This document shows positions 46,437 to 58,000 of a stretch of DNA of 64,000 nucleotides, in pieces. Positions within the stretch are counted from its first letter, which is position 1; every line of letters begins with the position of its first letter. Made by a program: the position numbers and the translations under genes. The notes beneath the pieces were generated by a model, which saw nothing but the letters and a program-made list of their open reading frames with translations, did not search any database and had not been told where the DNA came from. This DNA comes from an uncultured Verrucomicrobiae bacterium (lineage in GTDB: Bacteria; Verrucomicrobiota; Verrucomicrobiia; Chthoniobacterales; JAFAMB01): positions 490,230-554,229 of the forward strand of contig CAWEXO010000011.1 in assembly GCA_963813025.1 (NCBI GenBank), in the 5' to 3' direction.

Positions 46437-46610
46437 TAACAGGAGCCGATCGCGAACCGGCTCACTCTTTGCGGAGATCGTGGAAAGACGTTTCAATGAA
46501 GGGCTACGCCTTAACCGCGCCGTGCAAGCGGACCGCCGCGATCGATAAACAGGGCGGCCGAACTTGGGTTCGGCCGCTCTTGGGCGAACTCGTTTTTAGT
46601 GAAGCGGAGC

Positions 46611-47770
46611 TAGTCACCTGTCCGTTAAATAACATATATTATCCGTCAGTCGCGACTGCCCAGGCTTTATTGATCTTACGGAGCACTTCTGCGCCGTCCG
46701 CTCGCCACACGTAGCGTTTGGCCCTTAGATTATGTTGGGCAAGGTAAGCGTCGATCGCCTCGATCAGGACCCGAACGTTCTCAAAGCTTCCTCCTACAAT
46801 AGCTTGCTGCGTAAGGTCCCCGGAAAAAACGCTCGACCAAGTTGAGCCAAGAAGCGCTGGTTGGAGTAAAATGCAGGTGAAAGCGTCGATGGCGTGCCAG
46901 CCAGGCTTTCACCTTGGGATGCTTGTGGGCGGAGTAGTTATCGACAAGGAGATGTAACCCAACCTGGGGCGGAGTCTGCTCATCGATGTGTTTAAGAAAG
47001 CGCAACCACTCTCGATGAGTGTGACGCCGATCGGTGCGCGCGATGATCTTGCCTTGGAGATAATCGAGAGCTGCAAACAGCGTGACGGTACCGTGGCGGT
47101 AATAGTCATGGGTCCGAGTCTGGATGTGACCGGCTCCCAGCGGCAGACCAGGCTGAGAACGGCTCAGGGCCTGAATCTGACTCTTCTCATCGCAGCACAG
47201 CACCAGCGCCTGCTCGGGTGGATTGAGATAGAGTCCCACGATATCCCAGAATTTGGTCTCGAATTCCGGATCGCTGGAGAGCTTGAAAGTCCGGCTCAGA
47301 TGAGGCTTGAGATCGTTGCTCGCCCACAGCTTGTGCACCGTCGACTTACTAGAGGCCCGATTCGCGCGCCATCGTGCGGCAACTCCAGCGCCGCAGATGA
47401 GCCGGGGGTTGCACTACTCGGCTCAAGACGGCCTGAACCTGTTCTGGCGCCAAGGTGCTCGCGCGCCCTCGTCCAGGCGCATCATCCAGTCCGGCTATCC
47501 GCTCCAGGCTAAAGCGCTCACGCCACTTGCCCACGGCCAGCCGGCTCATCTTTAATCGGTGAGCGATCTGTTGATTCTCTAAGCCTTCGCTCGCCAACAA
47601 AATCATTTTGGCTCGCTGCCGATCCCGATAAGGCCCACTACGCGCACGCTCGCGCCGCTCCAACCCCATTCTTTCTGGCTCAGTAAGTTCGATCCGCGAA
47701 GCGACTCTCGACATGCGGCCAAGTTAAAACATTTTTTGGCATTATATGCGACCTTATTTCGAGGACACTA
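46611..47770 (-). mobile_element. IS630-family insertion sequence, copy B (decayed), TA-flanked at CTAG
   Basis: A 1156-bp body (46613-47768) lies between TA 46611-46612 and TA 47769-47770, each within a CTAG. The ends, gtcacctgtccgttaaataa and the reverse complement gtgtcctcgaaataagg, are weakly inverted. The transposase is broken into three frames. Confidence 0.8.
46639..47714 (-). pseudogene. IS630 transposase with at least 2 frameshifts
   Basis: ORF 47349-47714 is the HTH part and ORF 46781-47338 is the DDE part (CCDEKSQIQAL, HDYYRHGTVTLFAAL, LLVDNYSAHK, TPTSASWLNLVERFF). The C-terminal tail IEAIDAYLAQHNLRAKRYVW is in a third frame, ending at 46639. The first shift is at about 47346-47352 and the second at about 46780-46800. 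Confidence 0.8.
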
Positions 47771-47774
47771 GTAC

Positions 47775-47873
47775 TAGTGTAGCGTCTCTTAAATAATGGT
47801 GAGTCATTTTTGGAGGATTCCCCAGAAGCGGAACAGATAAAAGTGTCACTATGATTTCAGAGACACATGACTA
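47775..47873. mobile_element. 95-bp MITE (IS630-type), copy 2
   Basis: Positions 47777-47871 are identical to 14758-14852 and are TA-flanked (47775-47776 and 47872-47873). The element lies 4 nt (gtac) from the IS630-B end. Confidence 0.65.
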
Positions 47874-47958
47874 GACTAGGTACTGCGAGGCTTAGAGCTT
47901 GTGAACCGTCCAATTATCTTCTTCCGCTGAAACTGCTCCCGCCGCTTTGCTAAATGAG

Positions 47959-49011
47959 TCAGGTCTTTGGAGCTACATCCTCCCGATAGGGCGGGAGCGG
48001 CAAGACGACATTCGTACTCAGCGGCCGAATACGTTCGACGATCTGGTCACTTAAGGTGTGGCCCGTCTGGTACGCGGTCTGGAGCACGTCCAGCTTGGCG
48101 TCAAGGTTGTCGATAAAATGGAGAGCAAACGCCTCGGGCGTTTTGGGCTCAACCGGAGAACCGAACTCTTTTGCGCCATGATGAGCGGCTACCAGGTGCA
48201 GAAGGTGCAATCGGACAGCTTCCGCCTCCGGGGCTCCGGCCAGTTGGAACTCGGGCGTTTCTCGTAATTGGGTCCAAAGCCGATTGGTCAACTCGATACC
48301 GATCGGGATGTGTCCAAGCAATTCACCGCGGGCATCGAAGGGCATCGCCAGAGAGTCTTTGCTATAGCAGTTCTCCCACATTTTACCGGCATCATGGAGC
48401 AAGACCCCGACCAGCAAAAGATCGCGGTTCAGCGCCGGATAAACATCGGTGAGTGCGTCCATCGCCCGAAACATCTGAGCCACGTGTTCAACCAGCCCGC
48501 CGCGCCGGGCATGATGATAATACCGCGCACCGCCAGTGCGCTTGAGCCGGTCACCGTACTCCTCCAGGAAACGGCAGCCAAGCGCCTTAAGGCGGGGATC
48601 TTTGACGGTGGCGAGGCGGGATTGGATATACGCGTAATCTTCCGTCTGTTTTTCTCTGAGCTCCGGCGGACCGGCAACCAGCACAGCGGTTTCTTCGGGG
48701 CTCAGAAAACGGATTGTCCAGTTCCTGGCTTCGCAGCCGAAGGGAGGGTTGGGGCTGAAATCCGCAGTGAGCGCGATCAGATCGCCCACCCGCAACTCCG
48801 AGCAAAACATATATAGCGGGTGATCGTTCCATACGCGTAAAAGGAAACTGCCGGACAGATCGCGCATCGAAAGGCCGAGGTAACGCTTTTGCTCACGCGT
48901 CATTTTGACGGCCAATTCCGAGATCTGACCGTGGATTACCGCCAAGGTAGTCGCCTTGGCCGCCCGTCGATTCAGCTCCTCAATACTTAAATTATCTTGT
49001 GACGGCTCCAT
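47959..49011 (-). CDS. OB-fold + HD-domain protein, YhaM-like 3'-5' exoribonuclease family
   Basis: 350 aa. The N-terminal OB-like region (LSMRDLSGSFLLRVWND) is followed by HD-domain motifs (HHARRGGLVEHV, VGVLLHDAGK, AAHHG). Confidence 0.7.
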   Translation of the reverse strand: MEPSQDNLSIEELNRRAAKATTLAVIHGQISELAVKMTREQKRYLGLSMRDLSGSFLLRVWNDHPLYMFCSELRVGDLIALTADFSPNPPFGCEARNWTIRFLSPEETAVLVAGPPELREKQTEDYAYIQSRLATVKDPRLKALGCRFLEEYGDRLKRTGGARYYHHARRGGLVEHVAQMFRAMDALTDVYPALNRDLLLVGVLLHDAGKMWENCYSKDSLAMPFDARGELLGHIPIGIELTNRLWTQLRETPEFQLAGAPEAEAVRLHLLHLVAAHHGAKEFGSPVEPKTPEAFALHFIDNLDAKLDVLQTAYQTGHTLSDQIVERIRPLSTNVVLPLPPYREDVAPKT

Positions 49012-49079
49012 GAATTAAGCGCGATTTTCAAAAATCGTTTGAGATTTCAGGCAGCGCTTCAACTTAAAGGATAAACGCT

Positions 49080-50162
49080 ATGGAAAATATAAATGTCGGA
49101 GTCGTTGGTCTTGGTTGGCCTGGAGAACGCCACGCGGAGGGGATTATCGGGTGCGGCCTCGGATGCCTTTGGGCAGCTTGCGATCTCAATGAACATCGAA
49201 GACAACAGTATACGGCAAAATACCATCCCCGGAAAGTGTTCGCGCAGTATGAGAAGATGTTAAACGATCCGGAGTTGCAGGTGGTGGTAGTCAGCCTGCC
49301 GAACGCGTTACATTTTCCGGCGTCGTTGAAGGCGCTGGAGGCGGGCAAACACGTTCTCTGTGAAAAGCCGCCCACCCTGAACGCTGAGCAAATGCGGCGG
49401 CTCCATGATGAATCGATTAAGCGCGGGCTGATTTACGCATTCGGCCGCCAAATGCGCTTCTCCGGAGCGATCCAGGCGGCACGCAAAGCCATCGCGGAGC
49501 GGCGCCTCGGGGAAATTTACTACGCGAAGACAATGTGGGTGCGAGCCCGGGGCACTCCGGGCGGCATCGACGGCTGGTTTACCGACCGATCGCGCGCGGG
49601 CGGAGGGGCCCTGATCGATCTCGGCGTCCATGCCATTGACGCTGCGTGGTATCTCATGGGGACCCCGAAACCGCGCTCCGTCTCTGCCCAGACTTTTCAA
49701 AAGTTTCCTCAGCTGGCCAAGTCGCCTGTCTTCGACGTGGAAGATAGCGGCTACGGAATGATTCGCTTTGAGAACGGGGCCGTCGTGTTGTTTGAGGTTT
49801 CCTGGGCCGCGAACCTGACGGACGATCTGCCGCTCGGTAAGTACACTCGTGAACTTTTTCAGACCGTTGTTTACGGTCCGAAAGCCGCGATCCGCGTGAC
49901 GGATGTCTTTCAACTCGGTCCCAAAGAAAAGCGGCCCGCACTTTCCATGTTTGAAGACCAAGGTAGCGGTGACCCGGTTGCTTTGGACTTGCCTTTCGAA
50001 CCGGTGAAAAATGAGTTCATTCCCCAAATGCGTAACTTCCTTCGCGCGATCCAAGGCGAGGAACCGCCGATCAATAGCTCGCTGCAAGCCGTCCAGCTAA
50101 TGGAAATGCTGGACGCGATCTATCATTCCAGCCTGACCGGCCGGGAAGTCGTGTTCGCGTAA
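49080..50162 (+). CDS. Gfo/Idh/MocA family oxidoreductase
   Basis: 360 aa. The N-terminal Rossmann region INVGVVGLGWPGERH, the EKPP motif (VLCEKPPTLN), and a C-terminal alpha/beta domain. Confidence 0.85.
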   Translation: MENINVGVVGLGWPGERHAEGIIGCGLGCLWAACDLNEHRRQQYTAKYHPRKVFAQYEKMLNDPELQVVVVSLPNALHFPASLKALEAGKHVLCEKPPTLNAEQMRRLHDESIKRGLIYAFGRQMRFSGAIQAARKAIAERRLGEIYYAKTMWVRARGTPGGIDGWFTDRSRAGGGALIDLGVHAIDAAWYLMGTPKPRSVSAQTFQKFPQLAKSPVFDVEDSGYGMIRFENGAVVLFEVSWAANLTDDLPLGKYTRELFQTVVYGPKAAIRVTDVFQLGPKEKRPALSMFEDQGSGDPVALDLPFEPVKNEFIPQMRNFLRAIQGEEPPINSSLQAVQLMEMLDAIYHSSLTGREVVFA

Positions 50163-50442
50163 GGCGCCCGTTGCCTCTTATGTAGTGCGGAACTTGTCGC
50201 ACCGTAGTCCTCGAAACGGTGACGAAGTCAGACGGCCGCGGTCCGCAATCTGGCGGCGAACGGCGCGCCGTGCGATCCCCACCACGTAAAAGCTGATCTT
50301 TGTTGCGGTCTGGGAAGAACCGGAGAAGTGCGCCAGCGCCGGAGCGAGCAAAGTCCGACAGACTTCGGGGCCGTCCGCGCTAACTGAGCGGTGTACCAAA
50401 GTTAATCTGTGCTAATCTGAGAAATCTGTGGTTTTATTTCTC

Positions 50443-50925
50443 ATGAAACGTTGGTGCCTGTTGGCTTTGGCGCTTGCTTTCCTGGTTGTTCCTGCGCTTG
50501 CTGGAGTTGCCTCCGTAGTGCCGGTTTCGCCGGGTGATCCGGAATTAGTTCAGCTCGGACCGGGGCGCAGTTTCGTGCGGGTACCGAGCGACTCGAGAAA
50601 GCTCTGGACTCTCGGATTTGGGCGCGCACCGTTCGAGGACCCGAGCCCGTTCAACCGCGGGTATGGGAACGATGTGATCGCGATCCCGTTTGACCGAAGC
50701 GGCCGGGTCGCTTTCGTGCCCACCTACATTTTTACCATTATTCCAGACTACGGAGTTGAACACCGCTTCAACTTTTTGGTGCAAGGCCGGACAACCAAGC
50801 AGGATGTCCTCGCGCTCTTCGGGCGGGTGCGGCAACCGTCTACCGTAAACGGGTATGAGGTTTGGTACTACGAGATTCCGGTCTGGAACCCGTTTGAGGA
50901 ATGGCCCTTCCCAGGGAACCGCTAA
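50443..50925 (+). CDS. hypothetical secreted protein
   Basis: Start at MKRWCLLALALAFLVVPALAG (signal peptide). No recognisable family. Confidence 0.5.
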   Translation: MKRWCLLALALAFLVVPALAGVASVVPVSPGDPELVQLGPGRSFVRVPSDSRKLWTLGFGRAPFEDPSPFNRGYGNDVIAIPFDRSGRVAFVPTYIFTIIPDYGVEHRFNFLVQGRTTKQDVLALFGRVRQPSTVNGYEVWYYEIPVWNPFEEWPFPGNR

Positions 50926-50935
50926 GAAACTCGCT

Positions 50936-53104
50936 TCAGCGGCTGTTGGCTGAAAAACTGATCGGCTGGGCCGAGCTGAGTTCCGCCAGGCCAAATGCGT
51001 AGATGAAAGCCACTTCCTTGAGCTGATCGTATCGACCGGAAGAGCCACCGTGGCCGGCCGCAAGGTTGACGCGCAGGAGCACAGGATTCTTGTCGGTCTT
51101 GAGGCGACGGATCTTTGCTGCGTACTTTGCCGGTTCCCAATAAGGCACCTGACTGTCGTTGAGTGACGTCAGGATCAACAGGGTCGGGTACGCTTTCGCA
51201 GTAAGATTGTCATAGGGACTATAGCTTTTAATGTACCGGTATTCATCCGGATGGTTTGGGTTACCCCACTCGATGTATTCGCCTGTGGTCAACGGCAGAG
51301 TTGGGTCGCTCATCGTGTTGAGGACGTCGACGAACGGAACGTCTAAAACAGCCGCCCTGCAGAGATCCGGCCGCAGGTTCAACGTCGCGCCAATCAGGAG
51401 GCCCCCGGCACTACCTCCTTCTATGAGCATCCGGTCGTGTGTGGTGAAATGATGAGAGACAAGGTAATCCGCGCAGGCGATAAAGTCGGTAAACGTGTTT
51501 TTCTTTGTCATCATCCGTCCGGCATCGTGCCAGGTTTCCCCGAGTTCGCCGCCACCGCGGACGTGGGCGATGGCATAGATGACTCCGCGGTCGAGCAAAG
51601 AGACCCGGCTGCTCGAGAACGACGGGTCGATTGGAATGCCGTACGAACCGTACCCGTAGAGCCAGAGAGGTGCCCGGCCGTCGAGGGCGACATCCTTGCG
51701 GCGGACGATGTCCAGCGGAACTTGCGTTCCGTCCGCTGCCGTAGCGTTAACTCGATCGACTCGGTAGCGCGAGGGGTCGTAACCGCCGAGAACCGACCGT
51801 TGTTTCACCAAGGTCTGTTCCCCCGTCGCAAAGCGATATTCGAAAATGCTCGGCGGCGTCACCGGTGACTCGTAGGTGAAACGGAATCCGTCTCCGTTGA
51901 ACTCCGGGTTGTCCGCTAGCCCGGCGTCGTAAGCCGCCTCTGGCAGCGGCACCGGCCGCGACTCTTTTGTCGAAAAATCCAAAACACGAAATCGGGGCAA
52001 ACCTTCCGCGCGTTCGACGATCACGGCGTGAGTAGCAAAAGGTGCGAAATCCTCGATTTTCATCTGGTCACTGCCCGGAAGATAACCCTGCCAGTGCTCC
52101 ACCCCGGGGTTATCAACCGGCGCCGTGACAACCCGGAATTCTTTCCCGCCATCGTTGGTCCGGATATAAAACAATCCGTTACGATGTTCGGGAAAATATT
52201 TGATCTCTTCGCGTCGGTGGGCAATGAGGCGCCATTCACCAGTGGGCTGGTCGGCGGGCAGGAATCGGAATTCCGTTGTCCGGCTGCTGGCGCTGCCAAC
52301 GAAGAGGTACTTGCCGTCGCGAGACCGATCGATGTCGAGTTCGTACAACTCATCCTTTTCTTCGTAAAGGAGAACCGGTTCCTTGTCGCCCAGAGTATAG
52401 CGCCAGAGCCGGTTTGAGCGTTTGGCTTCATCTTCGGTGATGAAGAAAAGCGTCCGATTGTCGGCGGCCCAAGCGATGTCGGAGACCTTGCCAATCGGAG
52501 TTTTGAGTTCCGCGCCGGTGCTCAGGTTCTTAAGATGAAAATCGTAGTCGCGATACCCGCTGCTGTCCGTGGAGTACGCCAGGAGGGAGTTGTCGTCACT
52601 ATATTCAAAGACTCCGAGAGCCATGAACGGATGGCCTTCGGCCAACTGATTGACGTCGAGCACGACCTGTTCCGACGCTTCCAAACTCCCCTTCTTGCGG
52701 CAAAGAATCGGATACTGCTTGCCTTCCTCGGTCCTTTCATAGAGCCAGTAACCCCGCTGAAGATAAGGCGCGGAGACGTCGGTCTGCTGGATCCGGTCGA
52801 TCATTTCCCGGTAGAGCGCGTTTTCAAAGCCTTTGAGCGGAGCCGTGACAGCGGCGGTATACGCATTCTCGGCTTTCAGGTTCGCCAGGACCGCCGGGTC
52901 GCTCTTTTCCCGCAGCCAGAAGTAGGGGTCATCGATCCGGTCTCCATGCAAGCCGACGATCTTGGACTTTTGCTCGGTTTCCGGTGGTCTGCCCGCCTGC
53001 GGATCAAGCGCCGGTGGCGCGGCAAAGGCAAGGGCAGCGACGATGAGAGGAATCGTCGGGACCATGATCAGGAGAGCAGAGCGCCAAAAAACGCGTTGTT
53101 TCAT
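50936..53104 (-). CDS. ptrB: S9A serine peptidase, oligopeptidase B (protease II)-like
   Basis: 722 aa. Signal peptide, beta-propeller N-terminal domain (DPYFWLREK), and a catalytic domain with GGSAGGLL (Ser), a later D, and the HGG region (AGHGGSSGR). Confidence 0.88.
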   Translation of the reverse strand: MKQRVFWRSALLIMVPTIPLIVAALAFAAPPALDPQAGRPPETEQKSKIVGLHGDRIDDPYFWLREKSDPAVLANLKAENAYTAAVTAPLKGFENALYREMIDRIQQTDVSAPYLQRGYWLYERTEEGKQYPILCRKKGSLEASEQVVLDVNQLAEGHPFMALGVFEYSDDNSLLAYSTDSSGYRDYDFHLKNLSTGAELKTPIGKVSDIAWAADNRTLFFITEDEAKRSNRLWRYTLGDKEPVLLYEEKDELYELDIDRSRDGKYLFVGSASSRTTEFRFLPADQPTGEWRLIAHRREEIKYFPEHRNGLFYIRTNDGGKEFRVVTAPVDNPGVEHWQGYLPGSDQMKIEDFAPFATHAVIVERAEGLPRFRVLDFSTKESRPVPLPEAAYDAGLADNPEFNGDGFRFTYESPVTPPSIFEYRFATGEQTLVKQRSVLGGYDPSRYRVDRVNATAADGTQVPLDIVRRKDVALDGRAPLWLYGYGSYGIPIDPSFSSSRVSLLDRGVIYAIAHVRGGGELGETWHDAGRMMTKKNTFTDFIACADYLVSHHFTTHDRMLIEGGSAGGLLIGATLNLRPDLCRAAVLDVPFVDVLNTMSDPTLPLTTGEYIEWGNPNHPDEYRYIKSYSPYDNLTAKAYPTLLILTSLNDSQVPYWEPAKYAAKIRRLKTDKNPVLLRVNLAAGHGGSSGRYDQLKEVAFIYAFGLAELSSAQPISFSANSR

Positions 53105-53616
53105 GCGAAAGAGTCGGCAACCTACTGCGCTTTGGGTCTTTCGCGAAGGTAAAGTGCGTACGCACGGGCGCGCATTCGCCTCCTCCCGGATAGAACGTTC
53201 ATTGGACTGAACTCGGTCGGCGACTTTCTCATCCAGTCAAAGTCCTGATACGGAATATCCGACAGGCCCCGACTTTAGCATTCGAGCAATCGTCCGGATC
53301 GCCCTCTCTACTTTATTTAATTCCGGTTCCGTACCTGTGCATGTGCTGATCGCATGTGGCCTGAAAGCACGTCCCGAGCACAAGATATTCGTAGAAAGAA
53401 GTTATCTCTTGGCTCCGCTGGATCACCTACATACAGACGGGTCGTCCACTTCACTTCGTCTGGAGATCCTAATTTTCGTCGTCACCACGGACACCGAGGT
53501 GCCAAGACGAGGCGGGCGGCCGTGACATGGTTTCTTGCGGAGTGCCCTAAGACAGGACCCAGAATCCGCTTGCAAACGGACGTTGCAGCAATACGCTTTC
53601 CGTCCTCGGGGCAAAC

Positions 53617-53691
<75 letters not shown>

Positions 53692-54324
53692 TCTTTCCTT
53701 TCTACGCGCCAACGATTTACGCATTTCTGTCCGCGAGCTTAGCACCCGATTGTAACACTTTACTGTAACACTTTTCTAACGCTGAGCCTCGACCATGTCT
53801 AGGAGGCGGCGTTATGCACTCAGCGTAACTGCTGGCGAAAGGCAAGGCGGTCGATGATTTCGCAGTCACGGAATCACCGTGACACGGAAAAGAGAACTGC
53901 TTTCCGCGTGAACCGATAACGCCCCTTGCTCCGCGCAGAGCGAGCACGGTCACAGGTGGAGCGCAGCAGGGCGAGCAATACCTTGACGGTGCACAGCGAG
54001 CGGTACAATCGAAAGTCGGTTCAAGCTGATCAGCAAAGGATCAATTAAACGCTGATTAGCGCGCATAAAATTCAGAAACATCGACAGCGGTTGAGCGCGC
54101 CCCGATGCGGCTACGCAGTAGCGGCATCATGAGTCCGGGAACCAGCCCGCAAAGTCTCCGGGCGCGCGCAGGCGCACGCGTTGCGGAAGTCCCGGAGTCT
54201 TCGCGTTGGCGTGCGCTTTTAGGCCTTTGCGCCTGTGGTTTGTCTACGCGGCATGATTTGTACAAGCGCGCGAGCCGCGTTTAGGACGAGGTTGATTTGT
54301 TTGTTCATAAGAGGCTGCGTTCAA

Positions 54325-54762
54325 TCAGAGGTTGTGAGGATTTGCGATGCGCCGTCCGCGAATGCGTGATCTTTCGGATGGCACTGCGGTTTGTTGCGGC
54401 GAAGCTGTTTGCTGTCCTGTCGGTGGCGGTTCGGTTACCGCAGCGAAGGCCGCGTTTTGTTCGCCATTTGCACTGCGGACAGCGTAGCGCGTTCGTCCGG
54501 ATTGTTTCGCCGAGCGCGGTTTCGTTTTTACGCCATTCGCTTCGGCGAGAAAACGCGCGATCGTGTCGATGCTCACGGCCACATCGACGGTTGCGAGTAG
54601 CTCGCGAATCAGCCGCAGAGATGCGCCCTTTTCGCGTAGTTCAACCATGCCTTCTCTCAGCGGCATCAGCTTTGCGTAACGCTTCGGTGGCGGCGGCGTG
54701 AATGCGCGAACAGCGTCGCGAAAACACTGCGTGCGCGCTGCGATGTCCGCGAGATCACTCAT
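54325..54762 (-). CDS. hypothetical protein with a putative HTH (plasmid/ICE-accessory-like)
   Basis: 145 aa. The N-terminal half LREKGASLRLIRELLATVDVAVSIDTIARFL looks like a small HTH. The C-terminal half is low-complexity and basic. No confident family. Confidence 0.45.
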   Translation of the reverse strand: MSDLADIAARTQCFRDAVRAFTPPPPKRYAKLMPLREGMVELREKGASLRLIRELLATVDVAVSIDTIARFLAEANGVKTKPRSAKQSGRTRYAVRSANGEQNAAFAAVTEPPPTGQQTASPQQTAVPSERSRIRGRRIANPHNL

Positions 54763-55080
54763 ACTTATGGCAGGCGTTCAGCGACAAGTCGGTTTCCGTA
54801 GCATGGCTACGGGGTAGGGCGTCCCTCCTTAAAAACTCTGCTTTGCGAGCGTTTCTCAAAGAGGCACCGAGAGATCGATGAGAAGACGCGTGCGTTTCTC
54901 GCATCACATCCGGACAAACAAGCCGGAATTGAGGCTGCGATTTGGCCGGCACATTGCACACAAAGACCGGACGCGCAAAACGTCTGACGTGGGTTCAAAG
55001 ACACGCCCCGCGAATAAAATGGAAGCCACCACCCGTTGGTGTAACTTTTGAGAGACGTAAGCAACAATTAGCAAACCCAC

Positions 55081-58000
55081 ATGAGGGCGAGTGAGTCCCT
55101 TCAGAACGATCAATCGACTGCGACTGAAAACGCACTTCGCCGCGCTGTTGATACGACTCCCGCGTTTATTCACACTGCCCGACCCGATGGATACTTGGAT
55201 TACTTTAATCGGGGATGGTTGGATTTTCTTGGTAAGTCACTCGAAGACGTTTGCGGTTGGCGCTGGACCGAATCGGTTCACCCGGAAGATGTAGCTTCAT
55301 TAGTTCAAAAATGGCGTGCGGCTTTGGCAAGTGGAGAACCGTTCGAAGCCGAAGCGCGCGTTCGGCGCGCGGACGGAACATATCGGGCGCTTTTACATCG
55401 GAAGGAGCCGCTTCATGACGAACAGGGGAACATAGTGAAGTGGTTCGGATCGAGTATCGACATCGAGGACAGCAAGTGCGCTGAAGAACAGCTTCGGCGA
55501 AATGCCCAGGAGCTGCAAAGAAGCGAGTTTTATCTCGCCGAAGGGCAGCGCCTTGCCCATATGGGAAGCTGGGCCCTCGATGCCGCCGGCTTCGACTACT
55601 GGTCTCCTGAATTATTTCGGATTTACGGCCTCGAGCCAACTAGCACAGCGCCTACTGTTGAGGAATACCTGGATTATGTCCACCCAGATGATCGCGAGTT
55701 CATGGCAAACCTGATCAAGCGAATCCTGGTGGAACCTTCGCTGTTCGATGCCACCAAGCGCATCGTGCGCCCCGATGGTGAGGTTCGGTACATTCGCTGC
55801 GTCGGTGCTCCCGTTGTCGAAAACCAAAAGCTAAAGAAGTACATCGGCAGCGCCCTGGACGTTACCGAGCACGAGCTTCTGACCCAAGAGCTGCAGCGTC
55901 GCGAAGCGTACCTGGCAGAGGCGCAAAGGCTCAGTCACACCGGCAGTTTCGGCTGGGATGTTTCAAGCGGAGAGATCTACTGGTCTGAAGAAACCTTTCG
56001 AATATTTGAACTCGATTCGAAGACGAAGGTAACGATTGAGCTTATCGTTCAACGAACTCATCCGGATGACAGACAAGCTGTCCAGCAAGTCATCGAGCGT
56101 GCTTCAAGTGAACGGAAAGAATTCGCCGTCGAACATCGACTGTTGATGCCTGATGGATCTATTAAGTACCTCCAGGTCGTCGGTCGCCCTTCGACAGATG
56201 AGGGGCGCCGCTCCGAGTTCGTGGGCGCGGTGACTGACATCACGAACCACAGGCGAGCGGAAGAATCCTTGCGGAAGAGCGAAGCGTATCTGGCAGATGC
56301 GCAGAAACTCAGCCAAACGGGAAGCTGGGCATGGAATCCTGAAGCCGGTATCAGGCATTGGTCCGAGGAATTTTACCGCGTTCACGGGTACGATCCACGG
56401 GATGGTCTGCCCCAATTCGAAGAATTGTTCCAGCGGATTCATCCCGATGACCAACCCAAGGTGAAAGAACTGAGGGAGAGGATGGCCCGAGAAAAGATAG
56501 AGTTCGAATGGGACTACCGAGTCGTGCATCCCGGTGGCGCCGTCAGAGACATTCATTCCATTGGTCATCCTGTTCTCGGCCCTTCAGGCGACCTCATTGA
56601 ATTCATGGGGACTGTGATCGACATCACTGAGCGCAAACGCGCGGAAGCGTTGTTCGCCGGTGAAAAGCGTCTTCTTGAGATGATCGCCACCGGTGTTGCG
56701 CTGAACGAAATCCTGAATGCGTTGTGCTTGATCATCGAGGAATACCGTCCCGGCAGGCTTGCTTCGATTTTGTTGCTTCGCACCGACGGTCTTCATCTCG
56801 ATTCCGTGGCGGGACCGAGTCTTCCCAAGGCATGGAGAGAGGAAATGGAAAGACTTCCAATTGGTCCGTGTGCGGGCTCATGCGGGACCGCGGCCTATCG
56901 CGGCTCACCCGTGATGGTTTCCGACATTGCCACTGATCCGCTTTGGGAAGTGCCGGAGCATCGCGCGGCAGCATTGAGTCATGGGCTGCGGGCGTCCTGG
57001 TCGAATCCAATATTGTCGTCCGACAGAAAAGTCCTGGGAACGTTCTGCATTTACGGTCGCGAAACGCGAAGCCCAAGCGCGCAAGACCTCGGACTGATTG
57101 AAAAAGCAACGCACCTCGCACGGGTCGCAATTGAACGCGATCGGGCGGAGGCGGCGGTGCGCACCAGCGAGCAGAAATATCGCGATCTGGTAGATACAAC
57201 TCCGGCATTTGTTCACACGAATTTACCAAATGGAGACCTCGACTTCGTTAACCGTGGCTGGCTGGAATACCTCGGTCTCTCTAATACAGATTTGGTCGGC
57301 TCGCGATGGACCTCCGCGATCCACCCTGAAGATGTGGAAGATTTGGTTGCCAAGTGGCGCGCCGCGCTTGAATCCGGGGAAGGTTACGTGGCCGAGGCGC
57401 GCGTGCGGCGGGCTGATGGGGAATATCGCTGGTTCCTTCATCGTGAAGAACCACTGCGCAACGAAGCGGGAGAGATCGTCAAATGGTACGGCTCGGCTAT
57501 AGAAATCGAAGAGCGCAAAATTGCGGAAGAAAAAATCCGCGAACAAGAAATAGAGCTTAGACAGATTCTGGACCTCGCGCCGCAACACATCAGTGTTTTC
57601 GGGCCTGATGGAACCCCACTCTATATCAATCAATTAGCGCTCGAGTATTTCGGCGTCACTATCGACCAATGGCGAACCGAAGCGGCTCTGCCTCAAGCCA
57701 GTTTTTCATGGCTCGGATCTCGACTTGACCTCGTTCACCCCGATGATCGTGAACACTTTCTCAGCGAAAGAAAGAAAGGCTTTCTCAAGGGGGCGCCCTA
57801 TGAGTTCGAAGTTCGGTTCCTCAGACACGACGGGAAGTTTCGCTGCTTTCTGTGTCGACTAAATCCCCTTAAAGATGAACGTGGACACATAACTCGATGG
57901 TACGGCACAGGCACGGACATCGAAGATCGCAAGCAAGCGGAGGAAGAAATACGAAGGGAGAACATCGTCCTGCGTGAAGAACTCGGTAAGAGTTCGATGT

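Noticed and set aside
46554-46577. Perfect 10-bp hairpin gcggccgaac-ttgg-gttcggccgc as a terminator
   Set aside because: It lies about 135 nt past the RND stop, after another hairpin. It has no U-tract, and no gene ends next to it. It was noted but not assigned a function.
47875-47905. Possible solo IS630-A-type end (ctaggtactgcgaggcttagagctt) next to MITE copy 2
   Set aside because: Its similarity to the IS630-A terminus (ctagtacttagttgctttagttctt) is patchy and short. It cannot be separated from chance by eye.
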